Below, in pieces: positions 51,101 to 64,000 of a stretch of 64,000 nt of DNA (its first letter is position 1; each line of letters begins with the position of its first letter). Under the pieces are notes generated by a model. The model made no database searches and was not told where the DNA came from. It worked only from the letters and a program-made list of their open reading frames with translations. This stretch comes from Octopus sinensis. Lineage: Eukaryota. The position numbers and the translations under genes are program-made. The stretch spans positions 149,606,001-149,670,000 of the forward strand of contig NC_042999.1 in the NCBI RefSeq assembly GCF_006345805.1, written 5' to 3'.

Positions 51101-51383
51101 ATTGTGACTATACTGAAAGCAAATACAAAAATAAGTAAATAAATAGGCATAGGCGTGACTGTGGTAAGAAGTATGCTTCCCAACCACATGGATCTGGGCT
51201 CAGTCCCATAGCGCGGCATCTTGGGCTAGAGTCTTCCGCTTATAGTTTCGGGCCGACCAAAGCCTTGTGAGTAAATGCAAGTGTATGTGGTTATGCATGT
51301 GAGTTTAACCCCCAAAAGACTCAGAAACGGTGCATCCTCGAGAAAAACGAATTTGATTTCCGAAATCTGCGTCCTGAAGAAAG

Positions 51384-51446
<63 letters not shown>

Positions 51447-51516
51447 TCTACGAGAAATAACTTATCTTTAAAGATCGACAACTCTCCCACTCTCTATCCT
51501 TCATCACCAATGTATT

Positions 51517-51564
<48 letters not shown>

Positions 51565-52126
51565 ATATAAATTGGACATGGGCGATCATTGTATCATTTC
51601 TTGTCTTGAGGTTCACAGCCAAACCGCTAGGTGGATTCGTGTGTAAAATGGCACACGTGTGAAAACAAGTGCATAGATTGGAATGCGGTTTGTATTTTTT
51701 TCATAGTCCCCATAGTTACCGAGAAAATCAATTAAAACTTTTCCAATGGAATTCTCCTGTTTGTTCCATCATTAAAACAACCAGTTGCTCACACAGCCGG
51801 CATATATAATTTCGCTATCAACAAAGGGAATTCAGGATGACAGTGAGCCAAAACTTTCGCTATGCTGTCTCTTTTTTTTTTCACCTCTCTGTGAGGTTAA
51901 TAATCTAAATTTTTAGTTACAGTTTCTCATTCAAACTACATAATAGGGACAGTTGTCGGATTAAGACAGTGGAAAGATGTGGCTGCTATTTCTACGAGGT
52001 CTAGCTACTATATAGAGGTCTGAACTTAATTTTCATTCACATATTTGCATTTCAAAAATTTAACATAATCTTTTCCATAAATCGACTATCGTAAAAGTTT
52101 TATACGATGAGCACGAACGCACGCAT

Positions 52127-52167
<41 letters not shown>

Positions 52168-52534
52168 CATTTCATATATCTTCTTTCAATTTCTGCTCTC
52201 TGCAAATAATTTTTTTACGGATACAACAGCTTACAAAAATAGGGATTAATTTATAATTTCTTTCTATGTTCATAATTAAATCAATGTTTTAATGATTAGA
52301 CAGAGGTCCAACACAATAGCTCTGAGAAACAGACTACGTACAAATTCGTTCTTCACAACTCCTGAAGTTGTTTTCTGACAAGGGGTGGGCGCGGGAAATT
52401 TTCATACAGCTGGAGTCTCCAATCGAAACAGGGGACCCGAAATAATAAGGTTGAGAAACGCTGTTATAGATTATGCCTAACCGAAAACGATCACACCCAC
52501 ATCATCCAAACAGACTGGGTGAAACCGCGCTTAG

Positions 52535-52576
<42 letters not shown>

Positions 52577-52627
52577 CTATCTATTTATCTCTATATTTCT
52601 CTCTCTCTCTCTATCTATCTCTATCTT

Positions 52628-52660
<33 letters not shown>

Positions 52661-52911
52661 GTCTATCTATCTATCTATCTATCTATCTATAGAACTCTGT
52701 ATTGGATATTCTAATTGCAATTGGATGCTTAACCACAACGGATCATCTCTCTCTCACTCTCTCTCTCACTCACTCCCTCCCCCCTCTCCCCCCTCTCTCT
52801 CTCTCTCTCACACACACACATACACACACACTATATCTTCTTCTTTAAGCGGCCGCAACCGAGATGCGTTTCACTACGACAGAAATCTCTGTCTGTCATT
52901 ATCTTTAATAG

Positions 52912-52998
52912 GTCCTGTACACCAGCGCTGGATTAACTATTAAGCAAAATGAGCACGTGCTTAAGGCATCAAGGGAAGCGGTAGAAACTACAGAAATG
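52912..52998 (+). CDS. Putative 87-nt phase-0 coding exon (VLYTSAGLTIKQNEHVLKASREAVETTEM), product unknown
   Basis: Acceptor TCATTATCTTTAATAG, donor ATG|GTAAGT; only the phase-0 frame is open and length is a multiple of 3. No protein family recognised. Confidence 0.45.
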
Positions 52999-53399
52999 GT
53001 AAGTGGTTTACGGCACAAAAGAAATTACTTTAAACTTGCTAAGCTAATATTTGAAGTGGTTTATATGGTCGGAAATGTAATTTCGAAATGTTTATGGTAT
53101 ACATTGACATTGCAATTAAAAGAAGTAGGAGAAAACATTTTCAATATAAATAAAGTGGAAGTATACGAAAATAAACATTTTCCATCTCACGGTTAGTTTT
53201 GTTTCATCTTGAAAACAAATTATGTCATTGTTTGTACTTTGAATTACATATATATGGAGGCACCAAAATCTTTTAAGTGCTTAAGGCCTCTATGAGTCTT
53301 TATCCGGCCCTGCTCAACACGATGCTGTATGTCTCTACAAATAACATATTTGTAGTTGAGTGATTTTCGCCATTTATTAAGGAGCAGAAATGTTTGAAA

Positions 53400-53830
53400 T
53401 ATAGCACGGGCTGTTGTTCAACAAGATAACAGTAGCTATCAAAACCTAACCCTAAGTTGTGCACCAATAGTAATGATGAGCTGATTGTGTTCACAAAACT
53501 CCCCTTTGGTCTTGTGCTCACCCTGAGATATTTGAACCTTCATGAGAAACATGGTGTACGAACCATCATGACGATCTTGATTCTCCTTCGTAGACTATGT
53601 TTAGGACTCATGGAGTTGAATGCTTTGTACACATGCTTTGAAGAGCGCCAGCATTATTCTTTTTGTAATACTTGACTGCTAGATGTCTTAATGACTGTAA
53701 TAGGTACTCCAAGCCAACTCCTTGTACATCAGAATGCTCTTCTTATTGTCATCTACATAAACCTAAGGTACTTCAAGTCACTGACCGCATTGAGCTGTGT
53801 ACCATTCTAAAAAGGAGCATAGAGTTGTAG
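53400..53830 (-). pseudogene. Decayed RTE-like LINE, RT C-terminal region (decayed sequence may extend to about 55000)
   Basis: Minus-strand remnants GTQLNAVSDLKYL, ELAW, ALFKACVQS, DGSYT fit the order of RTE-type FKYLG...AW...LF...DG.YTR motifs. Confidence 0.55.
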
Positions 53831-55480
53831 ATTTTTGAAGCTAGGTGGGATGGGAGAGCATAATTCCTCTGTAATTCTATGGAAGTAGAATAATTAAATA
53901 CTTTAGGGAGACAGTTGGTTTGTTCCCTTTACAGATTTCGTTACATAAGTACTACTACATATATTTCTGATGACGGCTTCGACATTTGACTTGCTACCTG
54001 GTTTCTTAATCCTTTCAGGCATTTTTAAACCTTTTCCACGGTAAATGGACCAGTCACAATCGGCTACCTGCTAGTTTGTGGTTGAAGAAAGGTCGTTGTC
54101 AAGTTTAGCGTTGCGAAACCAGACATCTAGACGCTAGTCCATTGTTTCCTTACTGTATGGATCACTGGGAAAACTCTCTCAGAGATTTCCCCAAGTGACA
54201 GAAGACCTGTTTTCATTGTGGTGGTTGTTGAGTTTTTCAGTTTTGGAACTGATGCGTGTTTCCGGTGTTTCACTGTCATCTGGTTTGTATGAAAGTCATT
54301 TTTTCAATTTCAGATCTTTGATCTTGTGTGTAGTATACTTCAGTGGTAATGTAAGAACTGATGTTTCTTCTGCATCCAGTTGTGTCGTACCGTATGAGTT
54401 AATTCCTGAGTGTCTGTTTGTTGTATATTGACAGTGATAATAATTCCATCAATGCTGTCAGGACATCTCCTTTTCTCTCTGGTTGATTGCTATTGTAATT
54501 GTTGTTGCTGTTCTCGTTGTTAATGTTGCTACTGCTGCTGCAGTTAGTGTTGTTGTTGTTGTTGTTGGAGTGCCATCTCTTTAGTTTGTTGCAGAAACCC
54601 CCGCTACAGCTATTGTTTATTCATCGGTGTTTATATTGATGTCCCATTTAGTATTCCTAGCAGACCTAGACAGATATTTCTGCGGAGCTATCTTCAGAAC
54701 CTCTCTGATCTTTGTTACCTTCTTATTTGAACTAAAGATTAGTGTCTGCTTTCGCTTGTTTGGAAGCAATTCCAGTGCTATATCTCTATTGGCAATGGTT
54801 AGAGTGTCCTATACAATACTGAGGTTCTTGTCCTCACACTCATCACAAAGAGTGATTTACCTGCTGTATATTGCAGTTGGAAACTCCTTTATAGGATCAC
54901 ATCACCTGCTACCTTTTGCCAATCAATTTGTTTCAGAGGATCTCTCGTTGGAACTTCGTTCTTGCGGTAACTCAACTGGCATTTACCTGAAACATTATCC
55001 AAAACCTAAGAAGTAAACTTATCCAAAACCTAAGAGGCCACGACCAAATAAGAAGTGGGATGCATGTTGATGATCGCGTAAAAACCACACGAAAGGGGCA
55101 TATATTCCAATTTAATAATAAACTCTATACTTGGGAAAAGAATGCAGTTATCGAGAACTAACATACCTGGAGACGTAGTCAACGTCTTCATAGTATGGTG
55201 ATATAAGCAACTGAAGCTTACCTAATAGAGATCCATACCCGTTGTAATGTATCTCAATTCAATGTGATTAAGACAACGCCACAAGGTGATACCAAGGAAA
55301 TAGATATATTATGGAAAACATCCGATGCATAGAATACTCCATCAACCAAAGCATCAAGGTGATCCATCGTTTACCCATCCAAACCACCGAAACGAAAGAC
55401 TATGAACTTATAGTATAAGCTTATAATAGAAACTTAGAAATTACAAGTGTGTGTGTGTGAACGCGCATGTGTGTTGTATG

Positions 55481-55574
<94 letters not shown>

Positions 55575-56436
55575 ATATATAAGTGAAATTTATACGTATA
55601 TAAAAGTTAGATTTAGAATTCAAAAATTAAGGTTTAGAAAAGAGGAGTATCCGAGTATCAAGCCTTCCTCACTTAACCAAATATGTCTGAACTGCTAGAA
55701 TCGCACCATCAGCATATAACCTGGAGTGAAAATGAAATGTAAATATGGTAATATTTGAAGCAAGTTACGTAAACTGGGTGAGGCTCTTTTCCACTGTGCG
55801 TTGCATCTGATGTTATTACATCGTCTCACACTCACTAGGGAGCAGTACAGAATGAAGCCGAAACGGTTGTTGTGCTAATAAAGCCTCTAGTTACACTCCG
55901 TTTTCCGTATTAATCATTTAAAAACTGTATGTATGTTTGCGTGTGTGTGTGTTGTAGTTTTTCAATAGTTAAGTCTGGAGTAAGGGGCAGTGTCTATGGC
56001 AATCGCAAGCCCTTCTGGTGTATATAGACCATTTCAATACCAGTTGTCCTAGACACTGTGCTATTATAAAAGTAAAAAGCGCGCGCGCACGAAGGCACAA
56101 ATACACTCACACATATATAAAGAACGAGAGAGAGAGGGGGAGGGGGTAGGGTGAGAAGGGCAAGAGGTAAGAGAATACTAAAATCAAATATACACATCAC
56201 ATGCATTCCGTCAGAACTGTAAGCTTCACTTCAACATGTTTATCGCAATACATCTGGAAATTCAAAAATAGAAGACCTAACAAAACTTCAATGAAATCTA
56301 ATCATGTCATTGTAAATGAGACACATTGCTACATAAGATGTGGCACTTAGGGAAAGGTACCACATCTTAATAACAACAGATATATTTCTCTATAGAGAAG
56401 AAATAAGGCATAAGACACATAACCTCTCCCTCTGAA

Positions 56437-56468
<32 letters not shown>

Positions 56469-56644
56469 AAAAAGAAAGAAAGAAAGAAAGAAAGAAAGAA
56501 AAAAGATTTCCCTGCTGAAAATTTGAAGTCTAAACAGAGTAAAATAGCCTATCAAAATCAACTTTTTCTATCTGGAGTTATCTTTCCTTGGCTCCAAACT
56601 TGCCTTGTACAAATGATGTAGACTAGTTCTTCTTTGCGAGGAAA

Positions 56645-56657
56645 AGACACACGCATA

Positions 56658-56728
<71 letters not shown>

Positions 56729-56912
56729 ACACACACACATACATACATACATACATACATACATACATACATACATACATACATGCATATATACATACTT
56801 ACATGCATACATACATACATAAATACATACATACATACATACATACATACATAAATGCATACATACATACATACATACATACATACATACATACATACAT
56901 ACATACATACAC
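56645..56912. repeat. (CA)n then (TACA)n microsatellite
   Basis: Directly visible. Confidence 0.95.
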
Positions 56913-56914
56913 GC

Positions 56915-57280
56915 ACGACGAACTTCATTCAGTTTCCGCTTACTAAATCCACTCACGTGACTTTGGTTGGCCTGTGGCTATAACAGAAGACAACTGTTCA
57001 AGGTGACACGCAACAGGATTGAACACGGAACCAAGTGGTTGGGAAGCAAAACTTCTTACCAAACAGCCACACTTACACCTTCGGTCATGCAGCTGCGATC
57101 ATGCTGCACCACCACCGTGGATTTGGACCCTTTCCACAGCCATCTTCCTATGTAAGTGCACACGCGCGCGCGAGCGCGTGTGTGTGTGTGATGTTTATGT
57201 TCGTATACACACACACACACAAATAAATGTGTGACTATATTAAAATATAAAAGGTAGACGGAAACTGAAAGAAGCCCGTC

Positions 57281-57370
<90 letters not shown>

Positions 57371-57600
57371 GTGTGTGTGTGCGTGTATGTTTGTGTATCT
57401 GTGTTTGTACCCCCAAGCATTGCTTGACAACCGATGCTGGTGTGTTTATGTCCCCGTCACTTAGCGGTTCGGCAAAAGAGACCGATAGAATAAGTACTGG
57501 GCTTACAAAGAATAAGTCCTGGGGTCGAGTTGCTCGACTAAAGGTGGTGCTCCAGCATGGCCGCAGTCAACTGACTGAAACAAGTAAAAGAGTAAAAGAG
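56915..57600. mobile_element. Two SINE family B copies (about 56915-57080 minus; 57253-57600 plus)
   Basis: Family-B head on minus; family-B body and tail on plus. Confidence 0.85.
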
Positions 57601-58416
57601 TATACATAATATTTATATACAATACACGCACATATGTATGTATGTATGTATGTATGCATGTATGTATGTATGTGTATATATATATATACATATATATATA
57701 TAAGTACACACGCATACGCCACAATGTGTATGTATGTAATGACTCCGTAAGCAGCTGTACTCCGCTTTACGAAGTCATCACACTCTAGTAGTTTAATGAT
57801 CAGTGTCTATGGGGAGTGTAATACCTATTGTGAGTAAGCAGTCAGAAACGTGGTGAGCGTTAGACATATGACTGATCGTCGACAAACCTCATTACAGCGA
57901 AGATGTAGCCGTAATACGCGAGGAGTGTTAAACTCAATAAGTTAATGACGAAATAAGTACCTTGATAGTTCATCAACTTTGATACACGACTCGTATTTCC
58001 AAAACGATGTGATTTGCAGCTGGCTTGATATGATGTCAGCTAACCTTAACCCTAACCGAAGTGGGTAGATGAGTTGTTTGTCCTGGCCGAGACATTTGAC
58101 TTTACGGTGTCTCTTTTCACTCTTGACTACCGAGCTGTGAATTAGTATTGCGTAGATGGACAATTTTCTTTTGTAAGTAGCGGGTGTGTTGCGCAGTTTA
58201 ACGAGCGGTTCATATTTATATTATGCTGAGCTCAAACTGCTGCTTCCGGTTAATTGTATATAACAATGTAACCATCGGTGTGTAGATGTTGAGTTCAATG
58301 AGTACCGAGTGATCAGCAGTTCGAAACTTGGCACTGTCACATAGTGGTGTACATATGTTTCCCAGACGATTTTTCTCAACGGTTGAGTTCACCTACCTTT
58401 AAGTTATTGTTGTTTA

Positions 58417-58730
58417 ACGATAAACGGCGCCCTTTTCAAGCCTAGCCAGGCTCATGAGTCCGGTTTCCCGGTTTCTGTGGCGTATGTGTTCCCCCCAGCT
58501 GGACGGGGCGCCAGTCCATCGTAGCGTTACTCAAGAAACAGGAAGAGAGAGTGAGAGAAAATTGTGGCGAAAGAGTACAACAGGGGTCGCCATCAACCCC
58601 TGCCAGAACCTCGTGGAGCTTTTAGGTGTTTTCGCTCAATAAACACACAAAACGCCCAGTCTCGGAATCGAAACCGCGATCCTCCGACCGCGAGTCCGCT
58701 GCCCTAACCACTAGGTCATTGCACCTCCAC
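58417..58730 (-). mobile_element. tRNA-derived SINE, head 2 + tail 1, with 12-bp TSD
   Basis: Head matches the 50666 copy, tail matches the 3863 copy; TSD TATTGTTGTTTA at 58405-58416 and 58731-58742. Confidence 0.92.
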
Positions 58731-59044
58731 TATTGTTGTTTAGCCTCAGGTTAATCTCGATTCAGCAGACCTTTTATCAAATGCGTTTCAGCTATGATCA
58801 TCATTTCATTAGACATTGTTAATCCAACGTGTCCTTCATATTTATGATGTGATTTGCAGTAGGTTTTACTGCTAGTTCTAGCAGACCGTAAGACTGCATT
58901 CTGTAAAGGTGAAAAACCTCTTCTTAGTACCAAGGGTGAACTGCAAATTCCTAAAAGCATGTGGACGGTGCCTCTGACCTGAAAAAATAATGATTCGTTA
59001 ATTTAAAAAAAGATTCACCGATCGGTGACTCCTCTTGATCCTTT

Positions 59045-59329
59045 CGTCTTTTACTTGTTTCAGTCATTAGAGTGCGGCCATGCTGGGGCATCGTCTTCAA
59101 GGATTTAGAGGAATAGATCGAACACACTACTTAGTTTTTAAACCTAGAATTTATTCTCTCAGTCTATTCAGACGAACTGCTAAGTTACGGGGACGTAAAC
59201 AAACCAGCACAGTTGTCGAGTGATGGTGGGAGACAGACACACTCACATAAATATATACATATATGTATGTATATATATATATATATATAATATATATATA
59301 TATATATTATATATATATATATATATATG

Positions 59330-59398
<69 letters not shown>

Positions 59399-59770
59399 AT
59401 GTATGTATGTATGTATATAAAGTTAATCCAAACAAGAAAACACAAAAAAAAACACAACACCGCGAGGACGTGGAACAAATATAGTATTATTGGACGCTCA
59501 GGAAAGAAGGAGGGTTTAACGTTTCGAGCGGAGCTCTTCGTCGGAAACATAGGAGAAGGAAAGATCCCGAGAGGGGAAGACAGAGGGAAAAAAATCACCA
59601 ACGGTACACACGAGGTCACATTTGTATATATATATATATATATACGACGAGCTTCTTTCAGTTTCCGTCTACAAAATCCATTCACAAGGCTAAAGGGCTA
59701 AGCAGTGGGACTGAACATGGAACCAGTGATTGGAAAGCAAACTTCTTACCATGCAGCCACGCCTACGCCT
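59045..59770 (-). mobile_element. SINE family B with a Penelope-like fragment (about 59420-59622) inside its (TA)n tract
   Basis: Family-B tail at 59045-59245 and head at 59643-59770 flank the microsatellite and the insert. Confidence 0.8.
59514..59548 (-). ncRNA. Variant minimal hammerhead motif (CCGACGA core)
   Basis: Minus strand GUUU-CCGACGA-A-GAGC(UCC)GCUC-GAAACGUU-AAAC: 4-bp stem I, 4-bp stem II, palindromic AACGUU stem III; U4 replaced by C. Confidence 0.55.
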
Positions 59771-59919
59771 ATATGGTCACGCGTGCGCCTATATAGCCAC
59801 GTATGTGCTTATATACATATGTGTGTGTGTGTGTGTGTGTGTGTACGTGCGTGCACTTCTGTAGTGAGACTGAATAATCATCTGAGACGGAATGTCAGAA
59901 ATGCTATTGACGATAAAAA

Positions 59920-61230
59920 TCGGCCCAGGACTTGGCTGGTACTTTATTTATCAACCCTGGAATCACAAAAGGCAAATTTGACCTCAGCAGGATTTGAACT
60001 TAGAACGACAAATGTCAGAACAAATACTTCAAGATATTTTATCCAATGCACAAACGATTCTACCAGACACAAGGTCATACATTTTGTGAGAAGTTATGGT
60101 CGATCAAACTGCTCTCAGTACTTAGTTGCATGGCTTCAGAAAGGAACCTTATCAAGGGGTACACTTCAGAAAGGAATCCTATCAGGGGGTACAAAGTATC
60201 TCTCGGGCCCAAATTCCTATTGTGGACTTTAATTTTTTATATATGCAAATAGTTTCTGAAACCAAAGAATGCTCTCGGACCCGGATACGACATACTTTTT
60301 GCACCTCCTCTGATAGGCCTTGATTGGTTGGTATTTATTTCAGTGACCTCGAGGTATGAATGAAAGGTCAGGTAGGATTAAATCTCAGTCGACCCTGATG
60401 TGATTTGAACTTAGAAAATAAAAAAAAAACAAACAAAAAAAACTTAAGTAAATATCGATGTCAAGATCAGAAAGTTTGGGGCTGGGGATAAATCGATTAC
60501 ATCGACCCCAGTACTTAACTGTCGACCCCGGAAGGAAGAAAGACAAAGTTGACTTCGGCAGAATTTGAATTCAGAACATAAAGACGAGCGTAATGCCGCT
60601 AAGCATTTTACCAGAGGCGGCAACGATCCTGACAGCTCGCCACCTTAACTAAAGTAAATATCACAAGATATTTTATCCGTTGCTCTACTGATTCCACAAT
60701 TCAACCACCATTTTATCTCATGAACCGATGTAGGGCCTCTATCGGTCTAATTTGAGGATGTATTTGTTCATGTATGTGTAGGTCTAGGTAAGTTGCTTTG
60801 AGGCAGTTGTTCACGTACGCCAGCGATATTTATCCAAGGGAAAGGCGTTTACAGAGTAGAACCACTGTCATAGCAGGGGTTGTTTTAAACACAAAGGAGC
60901 GAATCAAATACCGCAAGGCATCTCATTACTTGAAGACAAATCAACACAACGTTTGGATTTGTTCCCTTAAAACAGGAAACACCACTTTTTAAATTTAATT
61001 TTCTGTGAAGTTTTTGTTGTCTCTTCCTCTCCTTCATCTCTTCTGTTTCCGCCTCTTCTGTTTCCGTCCCCCTAAAATTCTGCCAAACTACGTCTGGGTT
61101 GGTCCTTTTTTATTGATCACAAAAGGAAGAAAGACAAAGTTGATCTGAGCGGAATTTGAACTCAGTTCGCTGAGTTTCGAAACAAATACCGCAAGGTATT
61201 CTCTCCAACGACTCTGCCAAGTTGCCCTCT
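59920..61230 (-). mobile_element. Cluster of diverged SINE family A copies
   Basis: AAAGTTGAC...ATTTGAA.T.AG cores near 59980, 60400, 60550 and 61140. Confidence 0.7.
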
Positions 61231-61991
61231 CGTGATATGGTAAACATCTCCTGGCCTAATTCTATAAACAAAATCAATTGGTTGATCCTTATTGATCACA
61301 AACATCCATGAACGGGTGATGAAACCTATCAACTCCCACGTATGTGGAATCAAATTACAACGTTCTTGACTTTGTAAAGGGCATTAGCGGAACCTGAGAA
61401 GTATCGAAGTATCTACAACTGGGAATTGAACACAGGTTGTTTACCACCACCAGTAATCTCACCACCACGGCTGCTGCGATGCATGTTATACAAGTACTAT
61501 TTCTAATGTTGTGTAATAGGAGTGAAAGCTACATCAAGGTCATTAACCAGTGGGTAAGAGGGTCGCTTCGCTGGAATTACAGGGATGGAGAAGATGCGTG
61601 GGGCTGGTGTGGGTTAAAGTACTTATTGAAAGTTGAAAGGTCAATGTTTTGCTGGAGGACTACATGAGGAAGTGGGTTGGCAGCTTGAAATGAATGGTTG
61701 ACTTTGAAATCAGAGAAATGTTGAGTAATGTTTGTTATTAGTGTTTTGCGTAGGGTGCGTACCGAGAGATTAGATAATAATATTTATAATCAGAAATAGG
61801 AAAACAAGTGAAATAAGCAGGTTCAAGTGGAAGTAGACGCGGGCATTAAATTCTATTAAGTAGAGGTCGTTACAATTTAACTCCAGATCAACTCTTATCA
61901 AGCAAACCGATGATCAAAAAGTATTCCAGATATGACACTCCCGTCGTTTTTGTTATTTTGCTTTTGTTTTCATATTTGATATCTTTAGAAT

Positions 61992-62285
61992 GTGAAGGCG
62001 TATGACTTAGTGTTATTCGACTCACCATCGCAAGGTCATGAGTTCGATTCTCGGCGGCGCCTGGTGTCCTTGAGCAAGACATTTTATTTCACATTTCCCC
62101 GGTCCACTCAGCTCTCAAAAATGAGAGTACTTGTATTTCAGAGGGTGTGCCTTGTCACATATTACGTGTCATGCTGAATCTCCCTGAGAACTATGTAAGA
62201 GGTACGCGTGTTTGGAGTTTTCAGCCACTTGCCCGTTAATTTCATGAGCATGCTGTTCCGTTGATCGGATCAATACTCGTCGTCG
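61992..62285 (+). mobile_element. tRNA-derived SINE, head 1 + tail 2, diverged
   Basis: GAGTTCGATTC, GTGTCCTTGAGCAAGACA...CACTCAGCT...AAAAATGAG as in the 3863 copy; tail TGTATTTCA.AGGG...GAGAACTA...GCTGTTCCGTTGAT...CTCGTCGTCGT as in the 50666 copy. Confidence 0.85.
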
Positions 62286-62632
62286 TTGTGAGTTCAAATT
62301 CCGCCGAGGTCGACTTTGCCTTTCATCCTTTCAGGGTCGATAAATTAAGTACCAGTTATGCACTGGGGTCGATGTAATCGACTTAATATATATGTCTATC
62401 CTTGTTTGTCCCTTCTATGTTTAGCCCCTTTTGGGTAATAAAGAAATAGGTATTTCGTCTGCCGTTACGTTGTGAGTTCAAATTCCGCCGAGGTCGACTT
62501 TACCTTTCATCCTTTCGGGGTCGATAAATTAAGTACCAGTTACGCACGAGGGTCGATGTTATCGACTTAATACCTATGTCTGTCCTTGTTTGTCCCTTCT
62601 ATGTTTAGCCCCTTGTGGGTAATAAAGAAATG
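62286..62632 (+). mobile_element. 5'-truncated SINE family A dimer
   Basis: Two units with the AAAGAAATAG|GTATTTCGTC junction. Confidence 0.92.
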
Positions 62633-63278
62633 GGTAAGTTATACTGGGTCTCTGCTGTAAAGTGTCTTTGTTATGGACAGTGCACCACACCAGAGATACA
62701 TTAAGGTCTATTGATCTTCGGTTGGTAGTTTGAGACTCGAGCAACTCAGCCGACTGTATCTCTCATTAGGCTTTCGTTAAGGTAAAAGTTATCGATCCGA
62801 TTAATTGCTCTCTTTTTGCTGTAGTCAAGGAGAGAGAGGGCTGTTACGCTTTATAGAGAGCCAACAGCTGTTCAGAGCTAAAATGTACTTCTTCCTATGT
62901 AATTCTATCATACGCGTCACCTAGAATGTAGCTGTTTGTATACAGCTATGTTGCTGCTAACGTTGTTGTCGTTTAGCAACCTGTCAGCTCCGATTGAGCA
63001 GAAGTAGTACGGTCGTCAAAAGCGTTCCAACTATGACTACCCAGTTTTTTAAAAGTATATGTAAAATTATATTATGCATATGCCATTTCCTTTCGAATAA
63101 GATGTGATTTGAGAGATATTTAACTGTTGTTCCTAATAGAATGAACGACTATGTAGAGGCAGCCCTTGTTTTCATCTACATTTTTCTGGAGAAAGACTTA
63201 CATAATGTACTGGGTAAGACTTATCCTACATTCAATGCTGTCAAACTATAACTAAGTTCTAATGCATATAGAACTTTC

Positions 63279-63759
63279 GGTAATTTTTCAGAGTAACACC
63301 CGCACGATTTTCACTAAGAAAAAAAAAAACTCAGATTTTTTTGCGTGGAATCAAGTACCCTGACCTCCTAGTATGCTGCAAATTCCTTATTTTGGTTTGG
63401 AAAGTGGGGTAGTGTTAGGGTTTTAGGGTTAGCTTTAGGGTTTTAGGGTTAGGGAAATCCGTCCCGGATTCGTTTGAATTTTTTTTTCCTCAGTGAAAAT
63501 CGTGCTGGTGAAAAGATCAATGGAGGTGGTGGTGGGTGAAATTTCTGAGGCTTGCACCTCACCCTACTCCGTTTTTCGGACCCCTAAAAGAGTTTTGTAG
63601 CATATTAGGATGTCACAGGAATTCATTCAACGAAAAACAAAAATTCCGATCATCCCCACTTTTTCCATACCAAAATAAGGGATTTGCAGCATATTAGGAT
63701 GTCAGGGTACTTGATTCCACGCAAAAAAAATCCGAGTTTTTTCTTAGTGAAAAATTACC
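63279..63759. mobile_element. Merlin-like MITE with 8-bp TSD, long inverted arms and TTAGGG-like core
   Basis: Termini GGTAATTTTTCA...TGAAAAATTACC; perfect TSD GAACTTTC at 63271-63278 and 63760-63767; inverted arms of about 100 bp; (T)nAGGG run at about 63415-63454. Confidence 0.92.
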
Positions 63760-64000
63760 GAACTTTCAGGTGTACATCTTGGGACTATTGTATTTATAAA
63801 GAGAAAACCAGGGCCTATTGATTAATTATGACTACGTCTTGAATATGAAGGTTCCATATTTACTGGACGTTGTGAACCTTAAGATAGTGAGTGGAATAAT
63901 TTTAATTGGTGAATCTTATCTATAAAACGCAGATTTTCTCTGTGAGTGTATTGAAAATTCATACATGTACACAATTCCAAATTTTGTGAATGAAAAAATC

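Noticed and set aside
55825-55885. Possible third hammerhead (GCCGAAACGGTTGT...AATAAA)
   Set aside because: The CUGANGA core is not present; at best a decayed Penelope-like remnant.
63415-63454. Telomere or chromosome-fusion relic
   Set aside because: Short, degenerate and internal to a TIR/TSD-bounded element.

Overview
Eukaryotic, AT-rich, repeat-dense DNA with no long open reading frame. The SINE families and the abundance of (TA)n/(CA)n/(TACA)n microsatellites resemble, from recollection, an Octopus (coleoid cephalopod) genome; I cannot confirm this without a search. Most ORFs in the supplied track are microsatellite or SINE artefacts. The window holds dozens of tRNA-derived SINE copies (monomers, dimers and tandem arrays, several with clean target-site duplications, TSDs), non-autonomous DNA transposons (hAT-like; Merlin-like with GG...CC ends and TTAGGG-like cores), a decayed Tc1/mariner transposase, decayed CR1/Jockey-like and RTE-like LINEs, and Penelope-like fragments carrying minimal hammerhead ribozyme motifs. 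The most notable items are: (1) a near-canonical hammerhead inside an inverted repeat at 49.4-49.7 kb, and a variant at 59.5 kb; (2) four SINEs showing all four combinations of two heads and two tails; (3) a unique island at about 40.5-40.9 kb with short exon-like segments leading away on both strands, mostly without an open frame. Family labels A-E are mine. Repeat boundaries without a TSD are approximate, and exon calls rest on splice signals only.
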